Source: a virus (Duplodnaviria > Caudoviricetes). From it: DNA of 41,194 nucleotides. This document shows positions 32,647 through 41,122 of the stretch, piece by piece. The stretch is from positions 1 to 41,194 of the IMG/VR virus record IMGVR_UViG_3300036784_000035. The stretch is one strand, 5' to 3'. The notes under the pieces were generated by a model, which ran no database searches, was not told the DNA's origin, and worked only from the letters and a program-made list of their open reading frames with translations. The first letter of the stretch is position 1. The number at the start of each line of letters is the position of its first letter. The translations under genes and the position numbers were made by a program.

Positions 32647-33894
32647 TTAGACATCACGAGTACCAGGGCGCTTGAGGGGATCGACGCAAAGGCCGGTGCG
32701 TTCCTTGCGTTGCGATTTGTCAACGTACGTCTCCCTGAAAAGAACGCCGGATTTGAGCCACGCGGCGAGCATGTTGGCGGCCTGCTTGTCGGTGAGATGA
32801 AACAGCTCGACCAGGATATGCCCGGCCCAGCGGGTAGCGGGATGCCGCCGGCTGTCGGTGTAGCGGGCGCCACCGGGCAGTCCGGCATCGATGCGGTCCA
32901 GCGCGAGGTTAAGTTCGGGATCGCTGGTCTGTTGCCAAACGCTTGGCGGCTCCCATGCGGCGATGGCAGCCACGTTGTCACCGTTGGGATAGCCTGGGGC
33001 GCCATTGCCGAGTGATACTTGCTGCAACCTGAACCACTTAGCGCCGTTGGCGGGAGCCATGTTGCGCTTCACGTCGTCGAGCCGCACGTATTGGAACCGA
33101 TCATCGATCGGGATACCGAAGCCCTCAGCCTCAGGGACGGTCATGGTGGTGAGCAGCAGGCCAACACGGGCCGAGTCCGTCAGCGCCTTGGCACCACGAG
33201 CGGCATCGATGCTGGTGGCGTCTCCCTTGCGGACATGGTGGACGAGGAGCACGGCGCAGCCGGTGGCGCGGGCGACGCGACGCCAGGCGGCCGCGGCCTT
33301 GACCATGTGCGGGTTGCTGTTCTCCTCCAGAGAATGGCTTTCGGCGAAGGGATCGCACACGACGAGGCCGATGTTGTTTTCCTGGATCTGATCGATGAGG
33401 GCCTGCTCATCTGGGTAGGCGACGGTGAAGCCGTCGGTGTCCAGGGACGCCAGCTTGAGGCCGCGGGCTTCGCCATCGTGCAGGAACAGCCGGCCTTCGA
33501 GCTCGTGGCGCCCGATCCGGTGATGGATCATCAACGCGGCGACGCGCCGGTCCAGCTCCTCCATCGGGTCTTCGAGGTTGAAGATTGCGCCGTTAACCTG
33601 TGAAAACACATGATTACCGAGCAGCTTCCGGTAGGCCACGAGTTCCATCACGATGGCCATGGCGAGCGCGCTCTTGCCGGTGCCGCCAGGGGACACCAGC
33701 ACCGAGACATAGCCGCGGATGAGGTGCGAGCCGTACAGCCACTGGCGCGGCGGGATAGATCGCGGATCGGGCAGGCTGGCCGGATACAGCTTGAGCGGCG
33801 GCAGGCTGGCGTCGTGATCGAGCGAGCCCACGACCTTGAGCTTGGGCCGGAAGCCGCCCTTCTCATAGGCGGTGAAGGTGGGATCATCCGACAT
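32647..33894 (-). CDS. RepA-like AAA_25 (SF4) replicative helicase with C-terminal extension
   Basis: Walker A SPGGTGKS, NLED, VVCDPF, LLVHHVRKG, ARGA.AL.D.AR, K.N. Confidence 0.9.
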   Translation of the reverse strand: MSDDPTFTAYEKGGFRPKLKVVGSLDHDASLPPLKLYPASLPDPRSIPPRQWLYGSHLIRGYVSVLVSPGGTGKSALAMAIVMELVAYRKLLGNHVFSQVNGAIFNLEDPMEELDRRVAALMIHHRIGRHELEGRLFLHDGEARGLKLASLDTDGFTVAYPDEQALIDQIQENNIGLVVCDPFAESHSLEENSNPHMVKAAAAWRRVARATGCAVLLVHHVRKGDATSIDAARGAKALTDSARVGLLLTTMTVPEAEGFGIPIDDRFQYVRLDDVKRNMAPANGAKWFRLQQVSLGNGAPGYPNGDNVAAIAAWEPPSVWQQTSDPELNLALDRIDAGLPGGARYTDSRRHPATRWAGHILVELFHLTDKQAANMLAAWLKSGVLFRETYVDKSQRKERTGLCVDPLKRPGTRDV

Positions 33895-34303
33895 GGCGGC
33901 GTCCCCCAGGTGCTGGTGGGAGCGCCCAATACACCTCGGTCCTGACGATCTCCGTTACTTCGTCCTCGGACAGAGGAAACCCCGCTGCGCCATTGACGCC
34001 GTGGGCTTCCGCCAGCAGGGCGTTGCGCGGTGTGTGGGCGGCGATCATGGGCTTTACCAGGCGCTCGATGCGCCACGCGGCGAGCTCGCGCGCCACCTCC
34101 TGGCGGCGCACCTCCTGGCGCAGCAGGAAGCGCTTGAGCCGCACCACGTCGGGCGCCTTGAGGCCGTCCAGGGCGCCGGAGCGCTCCTGGGCGAGTGTGT
34201 CGCAGATGATGGCGGCATCGGCCTGGACGAGCGGCATTTCGCCGCGGGCGACCGGGCGGCCCATCTCACGGGCGATGCCGTAGATGTTGCGTGGCGCTGT
34301 CAT
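33884..34303 (-). CDS. Primase C-terminal (PriCT-like) helical protein
   Basis: N....PLSEDEV..IV motif typical of PriCT; immediately upstream of helicase. Confidence 0.55.
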   Translation of the reverse strand: MTAPRNIYGIAREMGRPVARGEMPLVQADAAIICDTLAQERSGALDGLKAPDVVRLKRFLLRQEVRRQEVARELAAWRIERLVKPMIAAHTPRNALLAEAHGVNGAAGFPLSEDEVTEIVRTEVYWALPPAPGGRRHVG

Positions 34304-34344
34304 GAGACGCCACGGGGTACGTGCGAGCATAGGCACAGCTCCGC

Positions 34345-34463
34345 TTGACGCGGGCGGCCGGCTCTGTAAAAACGGTGCTGCACAGCATCCGTCTCACATG
34401 CCAGCCACCAGCTGGTTAACCCATTACAGATGCCGCTCGGTTCCCGCCGGGCGGCATTTCTGT
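34345..34463 (+). ncRNA. Candidate antisense (counter-transcribed) small RNA upstream of replication genes
   Basis: TTGACG-N16-TAAAAA, then ~85 nt ending in ATGCCGCTCGG/CCGGGCGGCAT hairpin plus TTCT. Confidence 0.45.
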
Positions 34464-34496
34464 GTCTATACGAGAGTCGGGCGCGCCGGAAGGGCA

Positions 34497-34670
34497 TCAT
34501 TCCGCGGCCCTCGCGTTATGCCGGAACACCGCCGCGATGCGCCGCTCGACGCTCGGCACGCGCCCGCCGGGGTTCCGCACCACGAACGCCTGGTAAGCGC
34601 CGGCGCCGTAGTCCCGCCACAGCGACCGCGCCATGGCATGCAGGATGCAGTCGCGCCGCCGGCTGGTCAT
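34497..34670 (-). CDS. Hypothetical protein
   Basis: GGAGG SD; ATGA coupling. Confidence 0.55.
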   Translation of the reverse strand: MTSRRRDCILHAMARSLWRDYGAGAYQAFVVRNPGGRVPSVERRIAAVFRHNARAAE

Positions 34671-35092
34671 GCTGCGCGCCTCCTGGCTTTGTAAGCAAGG
34701 GAGTTCGCGCGCCAGCACGCGCGGCAAAACCGCCGCCCGGTCGGGCCGACGTGCAGATTGTCGCCAGTGAACGGATGTCCCTTCGCGCAATGCGTCTTGG
34801 CCGCATTGATCGCGCTGAAACTGATGCCGCGCAGCGCGTTGGTTCTCGGAGTTACCACCTCTAAGTGGTCTGGATTTACACAACTTGGCACGCGGCAAAG
34901 ATGGTCGATGATCAAGCCGGCGGGGATTTCCCCTTTGAACGCCTCATATGAAGCCCTGTAGGCACTGCGCCATCCTCGTTTGTGCCCGAACCTTCCGTAA
35001 CCCTGCCGGTCGACATGGCTCATCCACAACCAGCAACCGCTGTTCGGTTCTGGCATCGAGTTCGCGACCACGAAGGAGGCCATCGCATCCAT
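34667..35092 (-). CDS. HNH endonuclease
   Basis: PEPNSGCWLW..GYG..IDHLCR..SCVNPDHL.. and KTHC.KGH...R.CRAC. Confidence 0.92.
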   Translation of the reverse strand: MDAMASFVVANSMPEPNSGCWLWMSHVDRQGYGRFGHKRGWRSAYRASYEAFKGEIPAGLIIDHLCRVPSCVNPDHLEVVTPRTNALRGISFSAINAAKTHCAKGHPFTGDNLHVGPTGRRFCRACWRANSLAYKARRRAA

Positions 35093-35844
35093 TATTCCGC
35101 GGCCTCCGCGATCTGTGCCGCGCCCCAGGCCAGCAGCGGCGCGTCGTCCACCACGCGGGCAGCCACTGGCGCGCGCTGCACGAACAGATCCGGCTGTCGC
35201 TGCGCCTCCTCGATGCGCCGACACGCGATGTCGAAGTAGCGGGGTTCAATCTCCACCCCGACGAACCGGCGCCCGAGCCGCGCGCAGGCAACGCCCGTCG
35301 TGCCGCTGCCCATGAACGGGTCCAGCACCGTCTGCCAGTCGTCCGAGAAGCAGTCCACGACGTGCATCATCTGATCGAGCGGACGAGGACATGGATGGCC
35401 CTTCGGCCGCGTCCTCATGTCCGACGTGATGGCCAGGTGGAAGTCGCGGCGCTTACCCCGTTGCTTCGGCTTGCCGATCGGCCAGAACAACGCGAAGTCG
35501 CAGGACCAAAGCGGGCCGATACCAGGCAGGATTTGCGTGAAGTTCTTGGCGCATGCCATGACGCGCCATTGCCGAGCGAGCAACGATTGCCACTCATGGG
35601 CGCGCGGCGCGCCCATGAAAACTACCATCCAGCCGTCCGAAACAAGCGCCTCCGCTGCCGGCACGAACTCTTTGATCAGCGCCTCATAGGCAGCAGGATC
35701 ATCATCGTGGCTGGCATACTCGCTGAACCGAATGCCGTATGGCGGATCGGTCACCACTGCATCAATGCCCGAGAGCGTCGGCAGCACCTCGCGGCAGTCG
35801 GCCAGGTACAACGTCGCGTCGCCGATGTGTTCGGTGCGGATCAT
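35092..35844 (-). CDS. Beta-class N4-C/N6-A DNA methyltransferase
   Basis: VVTDPPYG ... HPCPRP ... VLDPFMGSGTTG. Confidence 0.92.
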   Translation of the reverse strand: MIRTEHIGDATLYLADCREVLPTLSGIDAVVTDPPYGIRFSEYASHDDDPAAYEALIKEFVPAAEALVSDGWMVVFMGAPRAHEWQSLLARQWRVMACAKNFTQILPGIGPLWSCDFALFWPIGKPKQRGKRRDFHLAITSDMRTRPKGHPCPRPLDQMMHVVDCFSDDWQTVLDPFMGSGTTGVACARLGRRFVGVEIEPRYFDIACRRIEEAQRQPDLFVQRAPVAARVVDDAPLLAWGAAQIAEAAE

Positions 35845-35869
35845 GGCGCGCGCTCGCTGAACCACAGCG

Positions 35870-36097
35870 TCATGGCAGCGACCGCCCATGGCGCTGCACG
35901 TCCAACATCTCCACCGCCTCGACGAACGTGAGGTCGAGCGTCGCCATCAGCCGCGAGATGTCGTCGTGCTCCATCTCCCGGAGCGCGTCGTCGATCTCGG
36001 CGGACGCGGCCTGGTAGCACTCAGCGCAGTGCAGCCAGTCGCCTGTCCGATCCGCAGGAGCCTCGCCGCAGCGGATGCACATATCGCCTGGGGTCAT
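35870..36097 (-). CDS. Small Zn-finger protein
   Basis: CIRC...CAEC; ATGA coupling. Confidence 0.65.
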   Translation of the reverse strand: MTPGDMCIRCGEAPADRTGDWLHCAECYQAASAEIDDALREMEHDDISRLMATLDLTFVEAVEMLDVQRHGRSLP

Positions 36098-36624
36098 GCC
36101 AGCAAGATCCCAGTCTCGCGGGCACAGTTGCCCCACGTCAGGTCAAGAACCCTGCGGCCATTGGCTTGCTGCGTGACAACCCAGCGCTGGAAATGCGCCG
36201 CCTTCTTTGCCTTGCGGCTGTTCCACAAGCTCGCCCGGCGCAGATTGTCCGAACTGCGGGCCAACTCATCGAGCACGAACGACAGCGGGGCCTTGTCCTC
36301 CTCGATGATGTTGCCGACCGCATCCTTGATCAGTCGCGTCGGGGCGTAGCCGTAGACCTCACCACCAAGGTCCAGTCGAAGTTGAGTCGGCTTGTCGTCG
36401 TCTTCGTCGTCTTCGCCCGGCTGTTTGGTCAGGCATTCTATGATGTGCGCTGCCTTTTGATTGGCCATTGCGTCCGGGTCCATCTTGTCCCGCACGATTT
36501 TCGCTAATGCCGCCCGCACCTGATCTTCCACCAGGGACTGATCGGCGTTGCGCTTCAGCCCTTTCTTTGCTTGCTCGTAAAGGCCCTGGTAATGCTCACG
36601 CAGACGGTTCGAGAGTGATGCCAC
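36094..36624 (-). CDS. Hypothetical protein
   Basis: AAGGA SD, GTG start; operon packing. Confidence 0.7.
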   Translation of the reverse strand: MASLSNRLREHYQGLYEQAKKGLKRNADQSLVEDQVRAALAKIVRDKMDPDAMANQKAAHIIECLTKQPGEDDEDDDKPTQLRLDLGGEVYGYAPTRLIKDAVGNIIEEDKAPLSFVLDELARSSDNLRRASLWNSRKAKKAAHFQRWVVTQQANGRRVLDLTWGNCARETGILLA

Positions 36625-36626
36625 TG

Positions 36627-37466
36627 TTAGCCGTCCTTTCTTGCGAGTTTCATGACACGAAGGTTATGGATGGCGCCGACCAGCGCATCGATGTCCTTGT
36701 CGGTCAGCGCGGCTAGGGGATCGGCGTCGACACGCTCTACGTCAACCATCGCCAGGTCAGCATCGGTCAGCAGGTCAGCGGTCTGGATCACCGTCAGGTG
36801 CATCGCCAGGTTGGCGAAGCGCGCAGCGCTGGTGCGGCCTGCGTCGAGGCATTGATGGACACGTTGCTTACGCTCGCGCAGTTCAGCCATCCCGGCTTCT
36901 AGTGTCAGGCGCCCATCTGAAACCAGCGCCGCCACGTCGGACGCGTGCGCGCGTAATTCCGAGAGTTGAGCCTCACGAGAACTGCTGATCTGCTCAGCGT
37001 CTTTCACTTGCGCCACCGCTTGATCGAAATGCCGGTGACCGTCGCGCACCTGATGGGCCAACTCGATTGAGTGGCGGACGATGGCGCGGGCCTGCGAGAT
37101 GAGAGCGGTGGAAACCTTGTTAGAAACTGACAAGGCAGTCGCCGAGCCAGCGGTACGTTTCCCAGGGGATGTCTCAGGGTATAGCAACGCCAGCGCCATG
37201 GCCTGCTGTCCCTTGCTAAGATTGCGCCGAGCGATGTTTGTCGAGACGATGAACGCCGCCACATCATGCCCGTTCAGCGGCGCAAACGTGGGTTCCACAC
37301 CAGCGATCTCGCACGCCCGCAGCCGATTTCGACCGTCGACCAGCGTACCATCCTCGTCGACGATAATCGGATGTATCTGCCCGTTCTCCTTGATGTCGGC
37401 GGCGAGGTCGGCAAGCTCGTCATCCGTCATCATCGGGAAGGCTTCTGCGAGCGGATGTATGTTCAT
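36627..37466 (-). CDS. ParB/Srx N-terminal domain protein
   Basis: HPLA..FP.M...E..LA.DI..NG...PI.....LVDGRNRL.AC; N..RRNL..GQ.AM. Confidence 0.85.
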   Translation of the reverse strand: MNIHPLAEAFPMMTDDELADLAADIKENGQIHPIIVDEDGTLVDGRNRLRACEIAGVEPTFAPLNGHDVAAFIVSTNIARRNLSKGQQAMALALLYPETSPGKRTAGSATALSVSNKVSTALISQARAIVRHSIELAHQVRDGHRHFDQAVAQVKDAEQISSSREAQLSELRAHASDVAALVSDGRLTLEAGMAELRERKQRVHQCLDAGRTSAARFANLAMHLTVIQTADLLTDADLAMVDVERVDADPLAALTDKDIDALVGAIHNLRVMKLARKDG

Positions 37467-37879
37467 GCCGCCACCTTGATCCGGTGTCTACGCGGGATCT
37501 GCCATTCGTCCAATGCCCGTAGAACTTCATCCGAATCACAGGCCACTGCGATACGGCATCCCGACAGCAGCAACGTTGCGGCCATGCTCCGTTGCGGATC
37601 GGACAAACTGCCATCGCGGCTCTTGAGTTCAATCCAGTAGGCCCTGGCGGCATAAAGAAAGATCACATCCGGGACACCGGCACAGATACCGCGACCGACG
37701 CGGATGCCTGGGATGGCATCGTGGCTGTTTGATTGATCCAGGCTGAACCAGACGACGCCGTGCTCGGAGACTTTGCCGGCCGGCCCAACCTCCATCGTCA
37801 GCACCTTGTTCATGGTGCGCTGCTCGGCATGCTCGGACACCACCGGCGCGATCAGCGCGTATTGCCGCCGCGCACTCAC
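37463..37879 (-). CDS. VRR-NUC domain nuclease
   Basis: G..AGVPD......IELK...G.LS..Q PD-(D/E)xK motif. Confidence 0.85.
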   Translation of the reverse strand: MSARRQYALIAPVVSEHAEQRTMNKVLTMEVGPAGKVSEHGVVWFSLDQSNSHDAIPGIRVGRGICAGVPDVIFLYAARAYWIELKSRDGSLSDPQRSMAATLLLSGCRIAVACDSDEVLRALDEWQIPRRHRIKVAA

Positions 37880-38370
37880 GCAGCAGCCTCTGCGAACATA
37901 TCAAGCTGCGCGAACGCATTCGCCCGGTACACCTCGACCGGATCAGGCAACGCAGCACTTGGATCAATGCTGCCATCCGGCTCCAACACGAAGCATGCGA
38001 TATGCCGCCCCGTGCCCGCGCCAGGCAGGCCGTCCTCAGTCGCGCACCACTTCACGTCGCGCAGATTGCGAACCGTGGCGCCGGCCTCGAGCAGCAGCAG
38101 AACCCATTTGTCGACCGGGAACACGAACACCACGCGCTTGCCCTTGGCGTGCTCGCGGAGTGCCTTGCGCACCCAGGCGGTCGGGCCCTTGAACGGCGGG
38201 TTGACGTAGTTCGACCGGCCCCACTCACAGCGCAGCCCATCGAAGCCGGGCGGTCGCGGCCAGGGACACGGGTCGAAGTCGAACGTGAACTCGCTCTGCG
38301 GTGCGCGCATCGTGGCGGGCGGCGTGAGCCAGTAGTGCCTGCCGTCCGCAGAATTGCCTTCGTACGGCAT
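37876..38370 (-). CDS. Phage Dam-family N6-adenine DNA methyltransferase
   Basis: W.TP, F.FDPC, DGL..EW, YVNPPF, WVRKA..E. Confidence 0.85.
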   Translation of the reverse strand: MPYEGNSADGRHYWLTPPATMRAPQSEFTFDFDPCPWPRPPGFDGLRCEWGRSNYVNPPFKGPTAWVRKALREHAKGKRVVFVFPVDKWVLLLLEAGATVRNLRDVKWCATEDGLPGAGTGRHIACFVLEPDGSIDPSAALPDPVEVYRANAFAQLDMFAEAAA

Positions 38371-38861
38371 TACCACCGCACCCCATGCTCAGCGGCGCCA
38401 GCGTGCGGCCGGCGCACCCATGCCACCGCCTTGTGCTCGGCGCACCATGGGCCGCCGTCGACCGTCGGAGCATCGCACCAGCGCCAGTCCGGGCGCTCGC
38501 CGCGGGGCCATTGGCAGCGCCGGAACAACGGCGTGGGCACCGCCAGCCTCTCGGGCCTGACCGGCAGCCGGTCCGGCTTCTCGCCCCACGGGTCCGCCTC
38601 CTTGCGGCGCTTCCGCTGATACTCCGCGGTGCGGCCATAGCGCACGTCCGCCTTGAGCGCTGCCCGCTCGGCGACACCGTTCGGCGGCTTCGGATGCGCC
38701 GGCCAGTGCTGCCTGCGCGCCTTGCCAATGATGGCGTCGGGCGTGCAGCCGTGGCCGATCGCCGCGGCGATGTCGCGACACGACACGCCCTCGTCCCATA
38801 GCCGGCGCGCGCGCTCAAGGCGGCCTCCGCGCATCCACGCAGGGATCGGCTGGTCGCTCAT
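38370..38861 (-). CDS. gcrA: GcrA-like cell-cycle transcription regulator
   Basis: LW.EG.S..IA...G.T..AIIGK..R HTH and CQWP.G....WC.......PWCAEH C-domain. Confidence 0.88.
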   Translation of the reverse strand: MSDQPIPAWMRGGRLERARRLWDEGVSCRDIAAAIGHGCTPDAIIGKARRQHWPAHPKPPNGVAERAALKADVRYGRTAEYQRKRRKEADPWGEKPDRLPVRPERLAVPTPLFRRCQWPRGERPDWRWCDAPTVDGGPWCAEHKAVAWVRRPHAGAAEHGVRW

Positions 38862-38863
38862 TT

Positions 38864-38914
38864 GAGTCCGACTCGCATCGAGTCTTGCGCCGTGGGATTC
38901 GGGCCAGTAGACTC
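38864..38914. promoter_or_regulatory. Cluster of five GANTC (CcrM) sites upstream of gcrA
   Basis: GAGTC 38864, GACTC 38870, GAGTC 38880, GATTC 38896, GACTC 38910. Confidence 0.6.
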
Positions 38915-39037
38915 GCGGACCATGGCGACGCTTCTCCCCTGCCGCGCCCCCGGACGCGGTTCTGACGCGTTACGGCAACCGGCTTGTCATCTGGAATTGC
39001 GGAATACTGGCAGTGATGGCGCGCGCGGACATCGGCG

Positions 39038-39247
39038 CTACGCGGCTTCTGCTGGTTCGTTGGCGGGATACAGGTCGGGCCTGAGATCGCGCGGCGACAC
39101 ACCAAGGATGGCAGCGGCCTGCACGACACGCTCGCGAGGCACGCGCTCCCACTGCGACACCGCAGCCGTGGAGATGCCCAGGCCCTCGGCTAGCCGCTTC
39201 GTCGCCCCTCGGAGCTGCATGAGGCGGTCAAGGCATTGATCACGCAT
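39038..39247 (-). CDS. cro: Cro-like (YdaS-type) HTH regulator
   Basis: LA..LGIS..AVSQW..VP..R.......GV....LRPDLY; divergent from cI. Confidence 0.88.
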   Translation of the reverse strand: MRDQCLDRLMQLRGATKRLAEGLGISTAAVSQWERVPRERVVQAAAILGVSPRDLRPDLYPANEPAEAA

Positions 39248-39254
39248 CCCGCAC

Positions 39255-39271
39255 GCTTAGTAGCATTAAGC
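39255..39271. promoter_or_regulatory. Operator (GCTTAG-N5-CTAAGC type) between cro and cI
   Basis: GCTTAG-TAGCA-TTAAGC; related half-sites at 39290-39317. Confidence 0.65.
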
Positions 39272-39340
39272 GGGGAGTGCAAGCCTGTTGCTAAGCATTT
39301 GCTTACTGCTGATAACCCGCAGAAGGCCCAATGTGCGGAT

Positions 39341-39721
39341 GTGAACATAGCCGACAAAATTCGGGCAGCACGTACAAAGGCTGGCCTGACGCAACGCGCC
39401 CTCGCCGCCCTTCTTGGCGTCGATAAAAGTGCTGTCGCTCAGTGGGAAGGCGGCGGCGGTGGTGTAGGCATCAAAACGGCAAATCTTGTGGAATTAGCTA
39501 GAGTTCTCGGCATAAAGCCGTCTCAATTACTTGGAGAGGCGACGCCGGCGGATCGGCTAATTCTTGAGGACGGCGACGAGATTACCCTCGTCACCCTCTA
39601 CCGCAAATTACCGAAACGACTCCGGGACATTCATCGGCAGATGCTGTTCGTCCAGACCGACCCCGGCCAACACTCGGAGCTCGCTGGCCACCCTACGGAT
39701 CGTCACGAGGTCGTCGCCTGA
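39341..39721 (+). CDS. CI-like XRE-family repressor (no S24 peptidase domain)
   Basis: IRAAR..AGLTQ.ALA.LLGV..SAVAQWE HTH; E..L..LYR.L C-terminal helix. Confidence 0.88.
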   Translation: MNIADKIRAARTKAGLTQRALAALLGVDKSAVAQWEGGGGGVGIKTANLVELARVLGIKPSQLLGEATPADRLILEDGDEITLVTLYRKLPKRLRDIHRQMLFVQTDPGQHSELAGHPTDRHEVVA

Positions 39722-39739
39722 CGGACCGCTAAGCGCGAC

Positions 39740-39791
39740 GCTTAACTCCGCTAATCTTTCTGCTGGACTCCTGCGCTTAGTTCGGCTAAGC
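39740..39791 (+). promoter_or_regulatory. Operators overlapping putative early promoter
   Basis: GCTTAA-CTCCG-CTAATC (39740) and perfect GCTTAG-TTCGG-CTAAGC (39775); TGGACT-N17-TAAGCA. Confidence 0.65.
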
Positions 39792-40148
39792 ATCCCTTCG
39801 TCATCTGACGAAGGGCCTACCCAACAATGTTCGAGACATTCCACGAGGGCTGCCGAGAAGGCTTCGCGCGCAGCGCTATCGGCAAAGGCGATACTGACGG
39901 CACGATCAGCCACGGCAACCCCTCCCCCTGTTTGGATCACGGCGCTGCCGGTGTCCCGTCTGAGGGGGCCGGTCCAGCCCGAGAGGGAATTGTGTCACCA
40001 CAATTACCGCTGGCAAGCGGAATCTCGGTACACAACCATCACCGTGTCATCACGGCAGACCACGCAACCGCGTTAACTGCGCGCAAATCCACGACCGAGG
40101 CCACGCTGATCGGCCGCGTTCCCCCTGTTACGAAGTGTATCGGAGAAA

Positions 40149-40337
40149 ATGAACATGCCTCGCCGCCCCCGGCCGGTGACGTACCGGGAGGCGCTGAGCG
40201 CCCTTCAGGACGCACATCTGACAATCACCAGTATTCTCAGCACGGTGCGGCGCCTTCAGGATGCGCGGGAGCAACTGCGGTTGCTCTCGGGTCGGCTGGA
40301 GCGGTTGCTGACGCGGGACAATGGCCGCGGCGATTGA
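40149..40337 (+). CDS. Hypothetical early protein
   Basis: GGAGA SD; helical. Confidence 0.65.
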   Translation: MNMPRRPRPVTYREALSALQDAHLTITSILSTVRRLQDAREQLRLLSGRLERLLTRDNGRGD

Positions 40338-40540
40338 GCGCCGACAGCGTCGCCATCAACCCGGCGCTGGCCGCCGAGGGCGCCGCGATCGCCGCCGACA
40401 TGGGACGCAAGGCGCAGCTGCAGTTCTGGGAAGACCTGATCGCCGACGCCCTGTTCGAGCACGAGACGGGCATCGTCAGCCACCGCCGCCAGGCCGAAGC
40501 CGTGCTCGCCAGCCTGCTGCAGCACGGGGCAATCCGGTGA
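40334..40540 (+). CDS. Hypothetical early protein
   Basis: TTGA coupling; 3' part of the 237-aa track ORF. Confidence 0.6.
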   Translation: MSADSVAINPALAAEGAAIAADMGRKAQLQFWEDLIADALFEHETGIVSHRRQAEAVLASLLQHGAIR

Positions 40541-40752
40541 CACCGTTCAGCGTCGCCGAAGCCCGCGCGATCCAGCGCGACGCCGAGTTGGCCGAGGCCA
40601 TCGCCGACTGGCGCCATAGCCACGGTGAGGAGCACGTCCGCGACCGCCGCTACGCCCTGGCACTGATCGCCGCCGAGCGGGCCCGTAGCGCCTTGCGCCG
40701 CGCGGAGGTGCAGGCCGCAATCAGACGCAACCACAGGAGTTTGGCAGCATGA
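40537..40752 (+). CDS. Hypothetical early protein
   Basis: GTGA coupling. Confidence 0.6.
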   Translation: MTPFSVAEARAIQRDAELAEAIADWRHSHGEEHVRDRRYALALIAAERARSALRRAEVQAAIRRNHRSLAA

Positions 40753-40934
40753 TTTCCGAATACACCGAGGCCACCGACCGCGCGCGTTGCTCCGTGCTCG
40801 CCCGCGAGATGCTGAGCAAGCAGCTGCTGGAAGCGCTGAAGGCTGCCCTGGCCGGCGCGCCGCACTGGCGTTTCGAGGCACAGCAGTTGCTGCGGCAGAT
40901 CGATGCTGGCGAGCCGCCGGAGCACCTGGGATGA
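40749..40934 (+). CDS. Hypothetical early protein
   Basis: AGGAG SD; ATGA coupling. Confidence 0.65.
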   Translation: MISEYTEATDRARCSVLAREMLSKQLLEALKAALAGAPHWRFEAQQLLRQIDAGEPPEHLG

Positions 40935-41122
40935 GCCGGCGGTCGTGGGCAGCACGGCGCCGACGCGTGCAGCAGGCATGGAAGCTGTTCGAGGACGCTG
41001 AGCCGGACATCTCCACCGAGCGGTTGATGGCGATGGTCGCCGACGCCACCGGCGAGGATTACGGCGACGTCCCCTCCCTGATCGCCGACCTGCATCAACG
41101 GAGAACCAACGATGTCGCATGA
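40931..41122 (+). CDS. Hypothetical early protein (spans terminal repeat)
   Basis: ATGA coupling; both repeat alleles keep the frame. Confidence 0.65.
   Translation: MSRRSWAARRRRVQQAWKLFEDAEPDISTERLMAMVADATGEDYGDVPSLIADLHQRRTNDVA

Noticed and set aside
32469-32654. ORF MSNFVAHV...DDRSAA over the iterons
   Set aside because: Its sequence is dictated by the GCGCCACA repeats; it may be translated as a coupler but is not supported as a functional protein
36627-37466. ParB-N gene as evidence of a plasmid partition system
   Set aside because: No parA or parS seen; this ParB/Srx type is common in phage early regions near MTases, so it is not diagnostic
34667-39247. Many early proteins ending in AA* as a dedicated degron programme
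   Set aside because: Largely explained by GGAGG-N-GC(A/G)TGA translational-coupling junctions; kept only as a side note for array B
39827-40333. 5' part of the 237-aa ORF 39827..40540
   Set aside because: It overlaps the better-supported 40149..40337 gene and has atypical composition; only the TTGA-coupled 3' part is accepted
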